From sequence record OP870146.1: a stretch of DNA of 64,000 nucleotides; one strand, written 5' to 3'. The position numbers were made by a program, and so were the translations under genes. Below the pieces are notes generated by a model. It was not told the DNA's origin, searched no databases, and worked only from the letters and a program-made list of their open reading frames with translations. How positions within the stretch are numbered: position 1 is the first letter of the stretch; each line of letters opens with the position of its first letter. Below are positions 27,419 through 36,330 of the stretch, piece by piece. This DNA is from Escherichia phage vB_Eco_F27.

Positions 27419-28575
27419 TCCGGGTACCTCAAAGCGTCATCAGAGTTAGTTATATCAATAATAGATATAGAGTTTTCTGCTAACCCGTTTTTAGATAATT
27501 GACGTTTATAATATCTTTCACAATATGTACACGTCGTCCCGCAGATTTCATTAGCACAATCGAAATCTGGATGTCTGAACCACCTTTTTTCTAAAAAGCC
27601 ATCTAACAAAGAGGTTTCAATATTTACTGTATGTGAAAACTCGGTCTCATTTTCAAGAGTGAAAATAGTCTCTAAAGGCTTCCACAGTTCTAACAAATTA
27701 CCTTCAAACTTTTCAGAAGCGTATGCTTCAAGAACTTTCAAAATGTAGTCTGTGCTACCTGTACGTCCTGAAACTTTGAATTGAGTGATACCAATATCAT
27801 TATAAAGTTTCAAATCTTGAGGACGAACAAAACGAGTTCTCAACCAGTTAAATGGGTCTGTATCACGAGCTTTAATGCAGTGTTGCATTGGGTATCCGTT
27901 TAAGGATTTAGCATCATCAGCTGTAACATCAGTACTATGGAAAATATAGCAAGAGTCACGATAGCTACAATGTGTTGTATACCCTTTACCAGCATTAGAA
28001 CAGAACTCATTTACAAGAACTTCAAATATTATATTGTTCTTATTGCAAAACTCTGCTGCACGCTTCAGGAAAGAAACTGAACGGTTCTTATGAATTCCAC
28101 AGCAGACCTTTTTGATATTATATTGGTCATGCAAGTATTTGATTTGAGTTACAGCATCGACATGTAGAATTGTTGAAACTTCAATCTCAATGTCTTTATT
28201 GACTTCACGAACAATTTCCATAACAACAGGGTTAGCGATAGTAATACGCCATACGCCTATTGACCAAAGATACTGAACATAATCCTGAATAGCTTTCTTC
28301 TTCCACTCAACTAGTTCTCTTTTTGAACCAGGATTTATCGTGTTGAGTGTATAGTTAAAGCAAATACCTAATTCGTTACAACGTTTAACGTAATCTTCTA
28401 ACATCTTTTTGTCAACGTCAGGAAGCCTAAAATCAGGTCTGGCTGCTACAAAAGCCATTTCTCTTGTAGAGCCGTATACTTCGTTTATCAAGCTATTAGG
28501 ATAAGTTTTATTGAGCTCTACGATTTTATCAAGAAGAGCTAAATCAAAATTCGTTCCGATTTTAAAAGTATTCAT
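27415..28575 (-). CDS. Cys-rich hypothetical enzyme (possible Fe-S/metal cluster protein)
   Basis: 386 aa; FCSNAGKGYTTHCSYRDSC and C-terminal CANEICGTTCTYC (Cx4Cx3Cx2C); faint resemblance to peptidase-U32/TIM-barrel family. Confidence 0.45.
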   Translation of the reverse strand: MNTFKIGTNFDLALLDKIVELNKTYPNSLINEVYGSTREMAFVAARPDFRLPDVDKKMLEDYVKRCNELGICFNYTLNTINPGSKRELVEWKKKAIQDYVQYLWSIGVWRITIANPVVMEIVREVNKDIEIEVSTILHVDAVTQIKYLHDQYNIKKVCCGIHKNRSVSFLKRAAEFCNKNNIIFEVLVNEFCSNAGKGYTTHCSYRDSCYIFHSTDVTADDAKSLNGYPMQHCIKARDTDPFNWLRTRFVRPQDLKLYNDIGITQFKVSGRTGSTDYILKVLEAYASEKFEGNLLELWKPLETIFTLENETEFSHTVNIETSLLDGFLEKRWFRHPDFDCANEICGTTCTYCERYYKRQLSKNGLAENSISIIDITNSDDALRYPE

Positions 28576-28634
28576 TTTTTTTTTGCATCTCGCGTTAATT
28601 GGTGCGATGGTTTTTGCAGGTCTTACTTAAATTA

Positions 28635-29036
28635 TTATAGATTCGGTTTATATGATTTAAATGTTTCGAATTCGCCTTTATTCATAAGAGCTTTGAATTC
28701 GTCAGGACGCATAGCTTTGTCGTCGATAATCCAATCATATACTGGTTTATGTGTTAGCAAATTATGGTACTTCAAGCCAATGTTTGCCAAGTTCTGAATC
28801 AGACTTGGGAGAATGTCAATTGCTATACGACCAGGACCTACTGACTTCATACCGCGAGCAGTGTAAAGCGTTATGGTATGCCCTGCATCATACAGAGCAT
28901 TAATGGCAGACACCATTTCGACGTCTGGTTTGAAGTTCACGTAATCACGATTGTTATTCCACTCTGTTATACAATCATCGACATCAAAACAAAGATTAAG
29001 CATGTTTTCTACACGGTGCATTAGATTCGTTCCCAT
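28635..29036 (-). CDS. small HAD-family phosphatase, KdsC-like
   Basis: Motif I FDVDDCIT (same spacing as KdsC FDVDGVLT), motif II TLYTAR, Lys and terminal DD motifs. Confidence 0.6.
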   Translation of the reverse strand: MGTNLMHRVENMLNLCFDVDDCITEWNNNRDYVNFKPDVEMVSAINALYDAGHTITLYTARGMKSVGPGRIAIDILPSLIQNLANIGLKYHNLLTHKPVYDWIIDDKAMRPDEFKALMNKGEFETFKSYKPNL

Positions 29037-30706
29037 TGATGAGTGATATCGCCACCGATTGGACGATAGGAAACACCAGTTTCTTTATCAGTTAGTACCC
29101 ATTTACCAGGATTTTTTGTAATCAGAGTAGCCGTTACAGGTTCTGCTACGTCATAACTAATAGAGCCGTCTTGAAGTACACGGCCCATATTACGTAATTG
29201 CTTAGTCAGAAGTTCCATACCTTTATAATATGCGGCTACCGCTTTAAGTGGATTATTCTTGAAATAACCACCTAATGCAATCCAGATAATTGCCACTGCC
29301 AAATGATGATACTCGTTAAACGAACTCATCTTTCCATATTTGTAAACTAATGGATTGATGTTAATAGTCACATTACAAGTTGTTTCATCAATAGTAAACT
29401 GTCCCCAGGTCGGATTAGCGTTGAATTCATCATAACCTGAAACAGCATAAAGCACTTTAGCTTCATCATACAATTTTGGCCCGTAAATCTTTGTTTCGCC
29501 AAAATATCCACGAGGGTCGATAAATTTGACTTCGCCGTTATCAGTAATCATAGTATTACTGAAGTTCGGGTCACCATGAATAACAGAGTACTGTCCCTGA
29601 GAACGGTTATGATAACGAATAAGGTGTTCTAAAGCTTGTTTCAGCATTGGCTTCAGACGTCCAATCTTAGTGTAGTTCACATGTGTGATTTTACCAAATG
29701 AATCAATCAATGGTTGAATGCTTTCACAACGATCAATAACTTTCGTATAGAATTCTTTAGTGAAATCACGACGAACAGTTTCAGGACTTACAAAATAAGT
29801 GTCTGTGCTGAATTTCAGTGCATCTAAAATTGCATCAACAATTTGTGGACGAGCAAGACTTGATTTGGATTTAATATATTCAAATGCCGGCTTACCTTTA
29901 ATGCGTTCCATTTCAAAGTTATTTTCATTAACAGAAACTAACTGAGGGACTGAATCTGATTTCACTTTCAAATACCACGAAATCTCATCTTTCTGAAGAG
30001 CTCGGCCCTGTTCGGTTAATGCGAATTTAGTTACAGTTTCTTCACCAATTTCAACTGCATTAAAACTACGATTAAGTTCACGAACTTCATGAGCTTTTTC
30101 AAGTTTAGGCATATCACCTAAATCAATTAGATTCATAAGCTCTGATTTATTGAATGCGCTGGCGTAAAGGAATTCTACGAAATCACGTCCTTTGCAGTAT
30201 TCATGAATTTCCTCATCGGTAGAACCCATATAGAATTCCCAGTCTTTGAACTGATAAATTCCTACAACATTACCACCTGTTGAACCTACGTTAGTGATAT
30301 TTTCACCGTCGAAATTATATCGACATTCGTCACCCTTAACATAGATTGCGTTAACATTCCAAGACCATGAACCAAAATCAGGAATAATATCACACCAGTT
30401 AACAATTACGTTATGGCCGTCTAAATCTTTGTGTAATTTAGCAAGAGCATAAGCAGAACCATACGCTTCATCAACTGTACGAATAGTCACATTGAACCCT
30501 TCTTGCTCACAATAAGCTCGAACAGTTTCAGCAAATTTTGAATGAACTACTACAATAATTTCATCTGCGCCAAGGTCAGAATAAATTGTATACAAATTGC
30601 TCAGAATAGTGTCTTGTTTATAGTTAACAAGCACCTTAGGAATATGATGCGTTATTGGATATAAACGAGTTGCCAATCCAGCACCAAGAATAACAGCTTT
30701 TTTCAT
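29021..30706 (-). CDS. bifunctional sugar-1-phosphate nucleotidyltransferase / APH-type sugar kinase
   Basis: N-terminus ILGAGLATRLYPIT..PKVLV (RmlA/GlmU-type G-x-G-T-R-L); C-terminus HGDPNFSNTMITDNGEVKFIDPRGYFG (APH/choline-kinase Brenner and DFG-like motifs). Confidence 0.7.
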   Translation of the reverse strand: MKKAVILGAGLATRLYPITHHIPKVLVNYKQDTILSNLYTIYSDLGADEIIVVVHSKFAETVRAYCEQEGFNVTIRTVDEAYGSAYALAKLHKDLDGHNVIVNWCDIIPDFGSWSWNVNAIYVKGDECRYNFDGENITNVGSTGGNVVGIYQFKDWEFYMGSTDEEIHEYCKGRDFVEFLYASAFNKSELMNLIDLGDMPKLEKAHEVRELNRSFNAVEIGEETVTKFALTEQGRALQKDEISWYLKVKSDSVPQLVSVNENNFEMERIKGKPAFEYIKSKSSLARPQIVDAILDALKFSTDTYFVSPETVRRDFTKEFYTKVIDRCESIQPLIDSFGKITHVNYTKIGRLKPMLKQALEHLIRYHNRSQGQYSVIHGDPNFSNTMITDNGEVKFIDPRGYFGETKIYGPKLYDEAKVLYAVSGYDEFNANPTWGQFTIDETTCNVTININPLVYKYGKMSSFNEYHHLAVAIIWIALGGYFKNNPLKAVAAYYKGMELLTKQLRNMGRVLQDGSISYDVAEPVTATLITKNPGKWVLTDKETGVSYRPIGGDITHQWERI

Positions 30707-30747
30707 GTTGAAGTCCTCATTGGTAAGTAGGAGTATTGTACACTATT

Positions 30748-30891
30748 CTAGTTAAAGCATTCATACTTTGCTTGTAGTCCAATCATAATCCATCCAATTA
30801 CAAGTGTTGGAATCATTACTGGAGCCGTTAAGCTCCAGTAGATAGTCATGACAAGCATCAATAGTAAAAGTCCTATTGTTATTGCTTTCAT
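30748..30891 (-). CDS. small membrane protein
   Basis: 47-codon ORF not in track (MKAITIGLLLLMLVMTIYWSLTAPVMIPTLVIGWIMIGLQ...); ATGA overlap with SIS gene stop. Confidence 0.4.
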   Translation of the reverse strand: MKAITIGLLLLMLVMTIYWSLTAPVMIPTLVIGWIMIGLQAKYECFN

Positions 30892-31523
30892 TGCTCGCCT
30901 CGTAACATGGCACCTAGTGCACCACCTGGATGGAACTTAAGGAAATCATTAGAGGTAAATCCACGTTCAGACGAAAGGTTGATAGCAAACGTATCGATAA
31001 GCGCTAACAACAATGTAGTGGACATAGTCGGAGCCAGAGAATTCTCATCAACCTCTACTGCGATGCCTGCACAGAAAGAATAATCAAAAAGGGCTTCATT
31101 TTCTTGTGGAATGTCCGGGTTACAATGCAACAGAATCTGTTTGACGTTCGGTCGAATCATTTTAAGATGCTTAGCCACGCCTATCATTTCTTCAGTTTTA
31201 CCAGAACGACTAATATGAATCAACACGTCATTAGGCGCAATAAATCCTGCATCACCGTGAGAATAATGCCCAGTGTTCAAGTACATACTCGGGATACCGA
31301 GTGAAGCAAATGTCTCAGAAGCTTTAGTTGCAATATTAGCATTCTTACCAACACCTGTAATAATTACACGACTTTCATAATTACTCAGTCCCGGGCGTCG
31401 AAGAGTTTCTAGAATAGCATTATAACGAGCAGGGTTTTGACTAATTACTTTGGCCATAGCGGCCAAAGAAGAAGCTTGTTTTATGATTGCGTCAATAGCG
31501 ATAGTAATAGGAGTAGTTTTCAT
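30888..31523 (-). CDS. SIS-domain sugar-phosphate isomerase, arabinose-5-phosphate isomerase (KdsD/GutQ)-like
   Basis: VIITGVGKNANIA ... HGDAGFIAPNDVLIHISRSGKTEE ... APTMSTTLLLALIDTFA ... FHPGGALG match SIS motifs. Confidence 0.75.
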   Translation of the reverse strand: MKTTPITIAIDAIIKQASSLAAMAKVISQNPARYNAILETLRRPGLSNYESRVIITGVGKNANIATKASETFASLGIPSMYLNTGHYSHGDAGFIAPNDVLIHISRSGKTEEMIGVAKHLKMIRPNVKQILLHCNPDIPQENEALFDYSFCAGIAVEVDENSLAPTMSTTLLLALIDTFAINLSSERGFTSNDFLKFHPGGALGAMLRGEQ

Positions 31524-31563
31524 ATTTCTCTCATTTAATTAGTTTACCGTCCATGACATTATA

Positions 31564-34275
31564 TCAAAAATCGAACATATCGAACAGAGATGCTTTCTTC
31601 TCGTAATCGAGTTTCGCTGCTGATGTGAATCCTTCAAGTGGTTTAATAAATGTCTTCTCAAGGAGAACAGTGTAGTCCATCCAATGAAGTACATCGTCTT
31701 TAATTAAATCTGTGATTTCAGTACCAGAAGGCCATGCGATACATTTATCACCGAATGGGTTTCCTTCACGTAAAGGCAGAACATATACTTTTTCACCTTC
31801 TACAACTTGCGGTGCATCGATATTACCTTTGATAGCCCGGTTATACGTCAGAATTCCACGAATATGGAACGGGCATTTGGGACCAGGGAATCCACCTACG
31901 TCATATTTAGCAATGTTATTCGCAGAAGATACCGACGCGATGCTAATATAATTCAATTGACGGAATTCTTTTTCAAACTCTTTAAAATATTCTTGTAATG
32001 ATTCTTCACCTTCTTGAAGCATACGACGAATACATTCTTTAAGAGCTTTCTGTACTGCTTTAGGGGTCGAAGATTTCTGAGTTTCTAGACCCATGATTTT
32101 GAGTTTAGGCTCGGCGTAACGAGTACCTTCCATATCCCACACGTTTAATGCATAACGTTTCTTACCAGTCCAGAATCCACCAATACCTTTAGAACCGAGC
32201 GGAGGACCAGCGATAGCTTCTCGGTCCATGAACATTAAGTGTTGTTTATTGTTCATGTATTCACACATTTCACGGAAACCTCTATCAATAGCAGGTTCCA
32301 TACGTTCACGTGCAAACTTATCTAAGAAGTCTACCCAATGGTTAGTATCGCGGAATTTAGATTCACCGACCTTATCGATAATTTTATCGGCGGATACGTA
32401 AATAGAGTCTGTATCACCATAAAGAACGAAAGCTTCACCTTCTGTACCACAAACTTCATTCAGATATTCATTAACTTTACGTTCAATCCACTGTAAAGCC
32501 ATTTGACCAAATGTTGTGATTGCAGTTGCATTACGCAAATCGTAATAACGGAACCAAACGTTTCCAAGTGCACCATAAAGCGAGTTGATAAGCAATTTAC
32601 GGTTAATTTGTGCAGTCATACCTGCAACTTCAGTACGTTGAGCTCTAAACAACATTTCATTAAGAGATTTAGCAGACAACTTTTTAATCTTTTCTTTAAT
32701 CTCATCACTGAAGTCGAAACGATAATCAACATCTAATGGTTCGTCAACAGAAAGATTAGGATTATGCAATGCCTCTTTAATTATTTCGCCATTACGTTGA
32801 GCTGCAAGCATGTAACCTTTATGTTCTTTACGTTGATTAAAGACCTTAGTGATTTCAGTTGGAACTACACCATCACGGTCTTTATAATACATCATGCCGT
32901 TAGGAGAGCAACTGTACACATCTGAAGGACGTTCAGCGATTGCGTTAATATAATCATGCAGTGGAGCTACTTTAAACGTTCCTGCTATTGTTTCAGGGCT
33001 AATATTCACTTGGCGAATAATACTTGGATACAGAGATGTAAGGTCGAAACTCATTACATATTTGTATCGATTTGGAATAGGTTCCTTAACAAAAGCGCCA
33101 GGATAAGGTTGAACCGGGTGAGAACGACCTTGTGGAATCACCTTGTTCTGCTCTTTAAGGCTATTAAAAATAATAGCATCCCATGTTTTAATTGGACTGA
33201 ACACAGATTGAATCTGAATTTTAGCATAATAACCCATGTCCAAACTCAAGTTGATGAACTGACGCTTAGCATCAATTTGCAATACACGATATACGTCGAT
33301 AATGTTATAAGAAATATATCGTTGGTGATTGCTTTCACGAAGTTTAGAAATAGGACCGTCGTATTTCAGTTTACCAACGTTCAATTCAAATTCTGAAATG
33401 TAATCCAGAGAATACGACGGTTGGTTCGTGAAAGAGAACTTTTTGTAAAGGTCAATGTAATCAAGAACAGAGATACCGAACAATGTAATGATTTCACGAG
33501 AACCATACATGTTTTCGATAACTTTAACACGAGTTTTACGATGTGGTGATAAACGTTTAGCGGTAGATTCGCCAAAAATATTCTTGATTCGGTTATACAC
33601 ATATGGAATATCAAATGACTCAACGTTCCATCCAGTCAAAATGACAGGAGTTTTCTGTTGCCAGAAATTGAGATATTCCATCAATAATTCTTTTTCATTA
33701 TCAAACGGCATATAAACAATTTTGTCGATAATTTCGGATGGAACTTCATCACCACCTTGTTCTTGAAGCTTAGCCGCAATTTCGATAGACCATTCTTCTA
33801 CATTACCATATGGAGAATTCAATAGATCAAATACGTAGAACCTGTCGTCAATTGAGTCATAATGGGTGATAGCATCAATCGGATGTTTTGCTTGTGACGG
33901 CTCAGGGAACCCGTCCGGAGATGTTACTTCGATGTCGAAGTTAGCCACACGAATTTTTGTATGGTCGTATTTGATTTCATAGTTATAAGTGTCAGACAAA
34001 TACGCCAATTTGAAATCGTCCATGCCAAGTGCTTCAAGTCCGATATCTTCCATGCGTTTAATCCATTGTGAGGCATCACGCATATTAGCGAACAACTTAC
34101 GAGTACACGGCTTACCATAGATATCGAAATATTTCGTAGCCTGACTTTCTGGACAATGAGCAAACAGTGATGGTTTATATTCTACTTCACGAGTACGTTC
34201 ACGGCCATTAGAATCGATGTAACGTTCAAAAATTGAATCACCGATCTGTTCAACCGTTAAGTAAAATTCTTTCAT
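31564..34275 (-). CDS. 43: DNA polymerase, family B
   Basis: 903 aa; exo motifs FDIEV, YNIIDV; pol motifs DLTSLYPSII, KILINSLYGALG, YGDTDS; N-terminus as recalled for RB69 gp43. Confidence 0.97.
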   Translation of the reverse strand: MKEFYLTVEQIGDSIFERYIDSNGRERTREVEYKPSLFAHCPESQATKYFDIYGKPCTRKLFANMRDASQWIKRMEDIGLEALGMDDFKLAYLSDTYNYEIKYDHTKIRVANFDIEVTSPDGFPEPSQAKHPIDAITHYDSIDDRFYVFDLLNSPYGNVEEWSIEIAAKLQEQGGDEVPSEIIDKIVYMPFDNEKELLMEYLNFWQQKTPVILTGWNVESFDIPYVYNRIKNIFGESTAKRLSPHRKTRVKVIENMYGSREIITLFGISVLDYIDLYKKFSFTNQPSYSLDYISEFELNVGKLKYDGPISKLRESNHQRYISYNIIDVYRVLQIDAKRQFINLSLDMGYYAKIQIQSVFSPIKTWDAIIFNSLKEQNKVIPQGRSHPVQPYPGAFVKEPIPNRYKYVMSFDLTSLYPSIIRQVNISPETIAGTFKVAPLHDYINAIAERPSDVYSCSPNGMMYYKDRDGVVPTEITKVFNQRKEHKGYMLAAQRNGEIIKEALHNPNLSVDEPLDVDYRFDFSDEIKEKIKKLSAKSLNEMLFRAQRTEVAGMTAQINRKLLINSLYGALGNVWFRYYDLRNATAITTFGQMALQWIERKVNEYLNEVCGTEGEAFVLYGDTDSIYVSADKIIDKVGESKFRDTNHWVDFLDKFARERMEPAIDRGFREMCEYMNNKQHLMFMDREAIAGPPLGSKGIGGFWTGKKRYALNVWDMEGTRYAEPKLKIMGLETQKSSTPKAVQKALKECIRRMLQEGEESLQEYFKEFEKEFRQLNYISIASVSSANNIAKYDVGGFPGPKCPFHIRGILTYNRAIKGNIDAPQVVEGEKVYVLPLREGNPFGDKCIAWPSGTEITDLIKDDVLHWMDYTVLLEKTFIKPLEGFTSAAKLDYEKKASLFDMFDF

Positions 34276-34287
34276 TTAATTTCCTTT

Positions 34288-34303
34288 AGACGAGTTATTG
34301 TCT
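34288..34303 (-). promoter_or_regulatory. hairpin directly 5' of gene 43 SD (possible autogenous translational operator)
   Basis: mRNA AGAC-AAUAACUC-GUCU (4-bp stem, 8-nt loop) followed by AAAGGAAAUUAA-AUG, like the known T4/RB69 gp43 operator arrangement. Confidence 0.4.
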
Positions 34304-34336
34304 TTTGTTTGTTGATGAACTTATTATACTCCAAAT

Positions 34337-34350
34337 GGGACCGAAGTCCC
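34337..34350 (-). terminator. GC-rich UUCG-tetraloop hairpin after regA
   Basis: GGGAC-UUCG-GUCCC; weak U-tract. Confidence 0.4.
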
Positions 34351-34356
34351 ATTGCT

Positions 34357-34725
34357 TTAATTACCAATTGTATATTTTGCTTTCAAAGTCCAGTCATCTT
34401 TCTGTTTAAAAGAGATAACTCGGAAGTTATTAGTCAGGCCAAACAGATCTTCACGAGCAGAGTCTTCAATAACAATCAATCCCCAGTCTTCAAGCAACTG
34501 AGCAATCGAATCACGTCGTTGGTAGTCTTCACCATCGATATCAACTTGACGTCCGTCCATACGCAGCATTTCTTTAAAGTGGACGATATAGTATTTACCT
34601 TGCTTTTGGAGGATATGACAAGACTGGTAAAGGACTTTATCCTTGTTATTAGCGATGCCCATACGGGTCAAAGTCTCTTTGACTTTCAGAAAATCTTCAG
34701 GGTTCTTCAATTTAATTTCAATCAT
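34357..34725 (-). CDS. regA: RegA translational repressor
   Basis: MIEIKLKNPEDFLKVKETLTRMGIANNKDKVLYQSCHILQK...NNFRVISFKQK matches recalled T4 RegA. Confidence 0.92.
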   Translation of the reverse strand: MIEIKLKNPEDFLKVKETLTRMGIANNKDKVLYQSCHILQKQGKYYIVHFKEMLRMDGRQVDIDGEDYQRRDSIAQLLEDWGLIVIEDSAREDLFGLTNNFRVISFKQKDDWTLKAKYTIGN

Positions 34726-34727
34726 TT

Positions 34728-35291
34728 TTACCATTCCAATGCTAATTTTTTAAATTGTTTTTGTTCTTTCACATTTTTTGTAACTTCTTTGAGAAACTCA
34801 TCAGTGACCATGGCCTTCAGTTCTTTAAGGACTATTGGCAACTTGTTATTTTTTTCAAGGAGCCGCTTATACACAGTAGCATCATTCATGTTGATTGTGT
34901 AATGTTTCATCAACAGTTTGATAACTAGTAACTCTGAAGTGTCTTCGACTAGTTTAGCCCATTTAGAGAATCGTCGGCCACGTGGAATTGCCGCCATCAT
35001 ATAGTTGAAGTGCGCTTCATCACTTAATTCAGAACCGACCAAGTTCATCATGTAAACTGCGGGCATACATTCTGGAAACTGGGACAATGAGTTTTCAACC
35101 ATAAATTTTGAGTAGTCAACCTGAGCAATTGACATCGATTTCTTTTCATTAATTGCGTTAATGATTTTAAAGAATTCGTTCTCAGGTTTTTCTTTAAACA
35201 TGTCAGCACATTTTTGAATCGCATCAGCGTCGTTAGACTTCCATGCGATTTGGTGCTCGTTAAGTTGGACGTCATCATCAAATAAGTTCAT
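34728..35291 (-). CDS. 62: clamp loader small subunit
   Basis: 187 aa; [17 protein letters not shown]...; synteny with 44/45. Confidence 0.9.
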   Translation of the reverse strand: MNLFDDDVQLNEHQIAWKSNDADAIQKCADMFKEKPENEFFKIINAINEKKSMSIAQVDYSKFMVENSLSQFPECMPAVYMMNLVGSELSDEAHFNYMMAAIPRGRRFSKWAKLVEDTSELLVIKLLMKHYTINMNDATVYKRLLEKNNKLPIVLKELKAMVTDEFLKEVTKNVKEQKQFKKLALEW

Positions 35292-35292
35292 A

Positions 35293-36255
35293 TTATTTCC
35301 AAGTCAATTCACAAGTCAATTGAAGAAGCATATACATAACATGTAATTCAATATTACTAGCTAGTCCATGAAACTTATTATTTTCACCTGCAATTTCATA
35401 AAGCGAAATAATACTTTTACCTGGTGCGACTTTGTCATAACACTCAGAAACTAATTTATCGATGAACCATGAATAATCAGCGGCATATTTTGGAGCTAAT
35501 GCACGAAGCTGTTTGATATCTTTATTTTTCATTGCTTCTATGACATCATCTACCGTGCCACGATCATTGGTTACAATCGACAAAATACCTGCATCAAGAA
35601 CACCTTTAGACGAGTACTGGTCTAATTGACCAATTGTACGACGAAAGTCCGGGAAGTTCTTTTTAACCAGAGCTGCAACAACTTTCATGTCAGCGATTTC
35701 GATATTTTCGTTCTTACAGATTTCAACCATACGATGAATCATTTTCTTCATCATCGAGATTTTATCTTCTTCGGTTGGACGACCGAATTCGATAACTCGA
35801 CAACGACTACGTAACGGTTCGATAATTCCATCGATGTTGTTGGCAGTAATAATAATAGAACAGTTACTAGAGAATTCTTCCATGAATGTACGAAGGTGTC
35901 GTTGTGATTCAGCAAGGCCACTACGGTCAAATTCATCGATAACGATAACTTTAGGCTTGCCTTCCATTGAGACTGAACGAGCAAATGCAGTTAACGGACC
36001 GCGTACAAAATCAATTTTACAATCAGAACCGTTGACGAACATCATTTCAGCGTTGATATCGTTACATAATGCTTTTGCCACGGTTGTTTTACCGGTACCA
36101 GGAGAAGGAGAGTGTAAAATAATATGAGGAAGTTTTCCTTTAGATACTAAAGACTTGAATGTTTCATGGTCATACGCAGGCAGAATACATTCGTCAATGG
36201 AAGAAGGACGATATTTCTGTTCTAGAATGTGTTCTTTGGAATTGATAGTAATCAT
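35293..36255 (-). CDS. 44: clamp loader large subunit (AAA+)
   Basis: Walker [11 protein letters not shown], Walker [12 protein letters not shown] motif. Confidence 0.95.
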   Translation of the reverse strand: MITINSKEHILEQKYRPSSIDECILPAYDHETFKSLVSKGKLPHIILHSPSPGTGKTTVAKALCNDINAEMMFVNGSDCKIDFVRGPLTAFARSVSMEGKPKVIVIDEFDRSGLAESQRHLRTFMEEFSSNCSIIITANNIDGIIEPLRSRCRVIEFGRPTEEDKISMMKKMIHRMVEICKNENIEIADMKVVAALVKKNFPDFRRTIGQLDQYSSKGVLDAGILSIVTNDRGTVDDVIEAMKNKDIKQLRALAPKYAADYSWFIDKLVSECYDKVAPGKSIISLYEIAGENNKFHGLASNIELHVMYMLLQLTCELTWK

Positions 36256-36330
36256 GTAATTTTCCTCATTATCATTAAACTGGAGGATTTCTCCTCCATA
36301 ATCGTACTACATTAAACGTAAAGCTTTGAC

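Noticed and set aside
31712-34902. Multiple plus-strand ORFs (e.g. 32956-33396, 34309-34902) across DNA polymerase, regA and gene 62
   Set aside because: Antisense to strongly supported genes (pol motifs, RegA identity) with low-complexity translations
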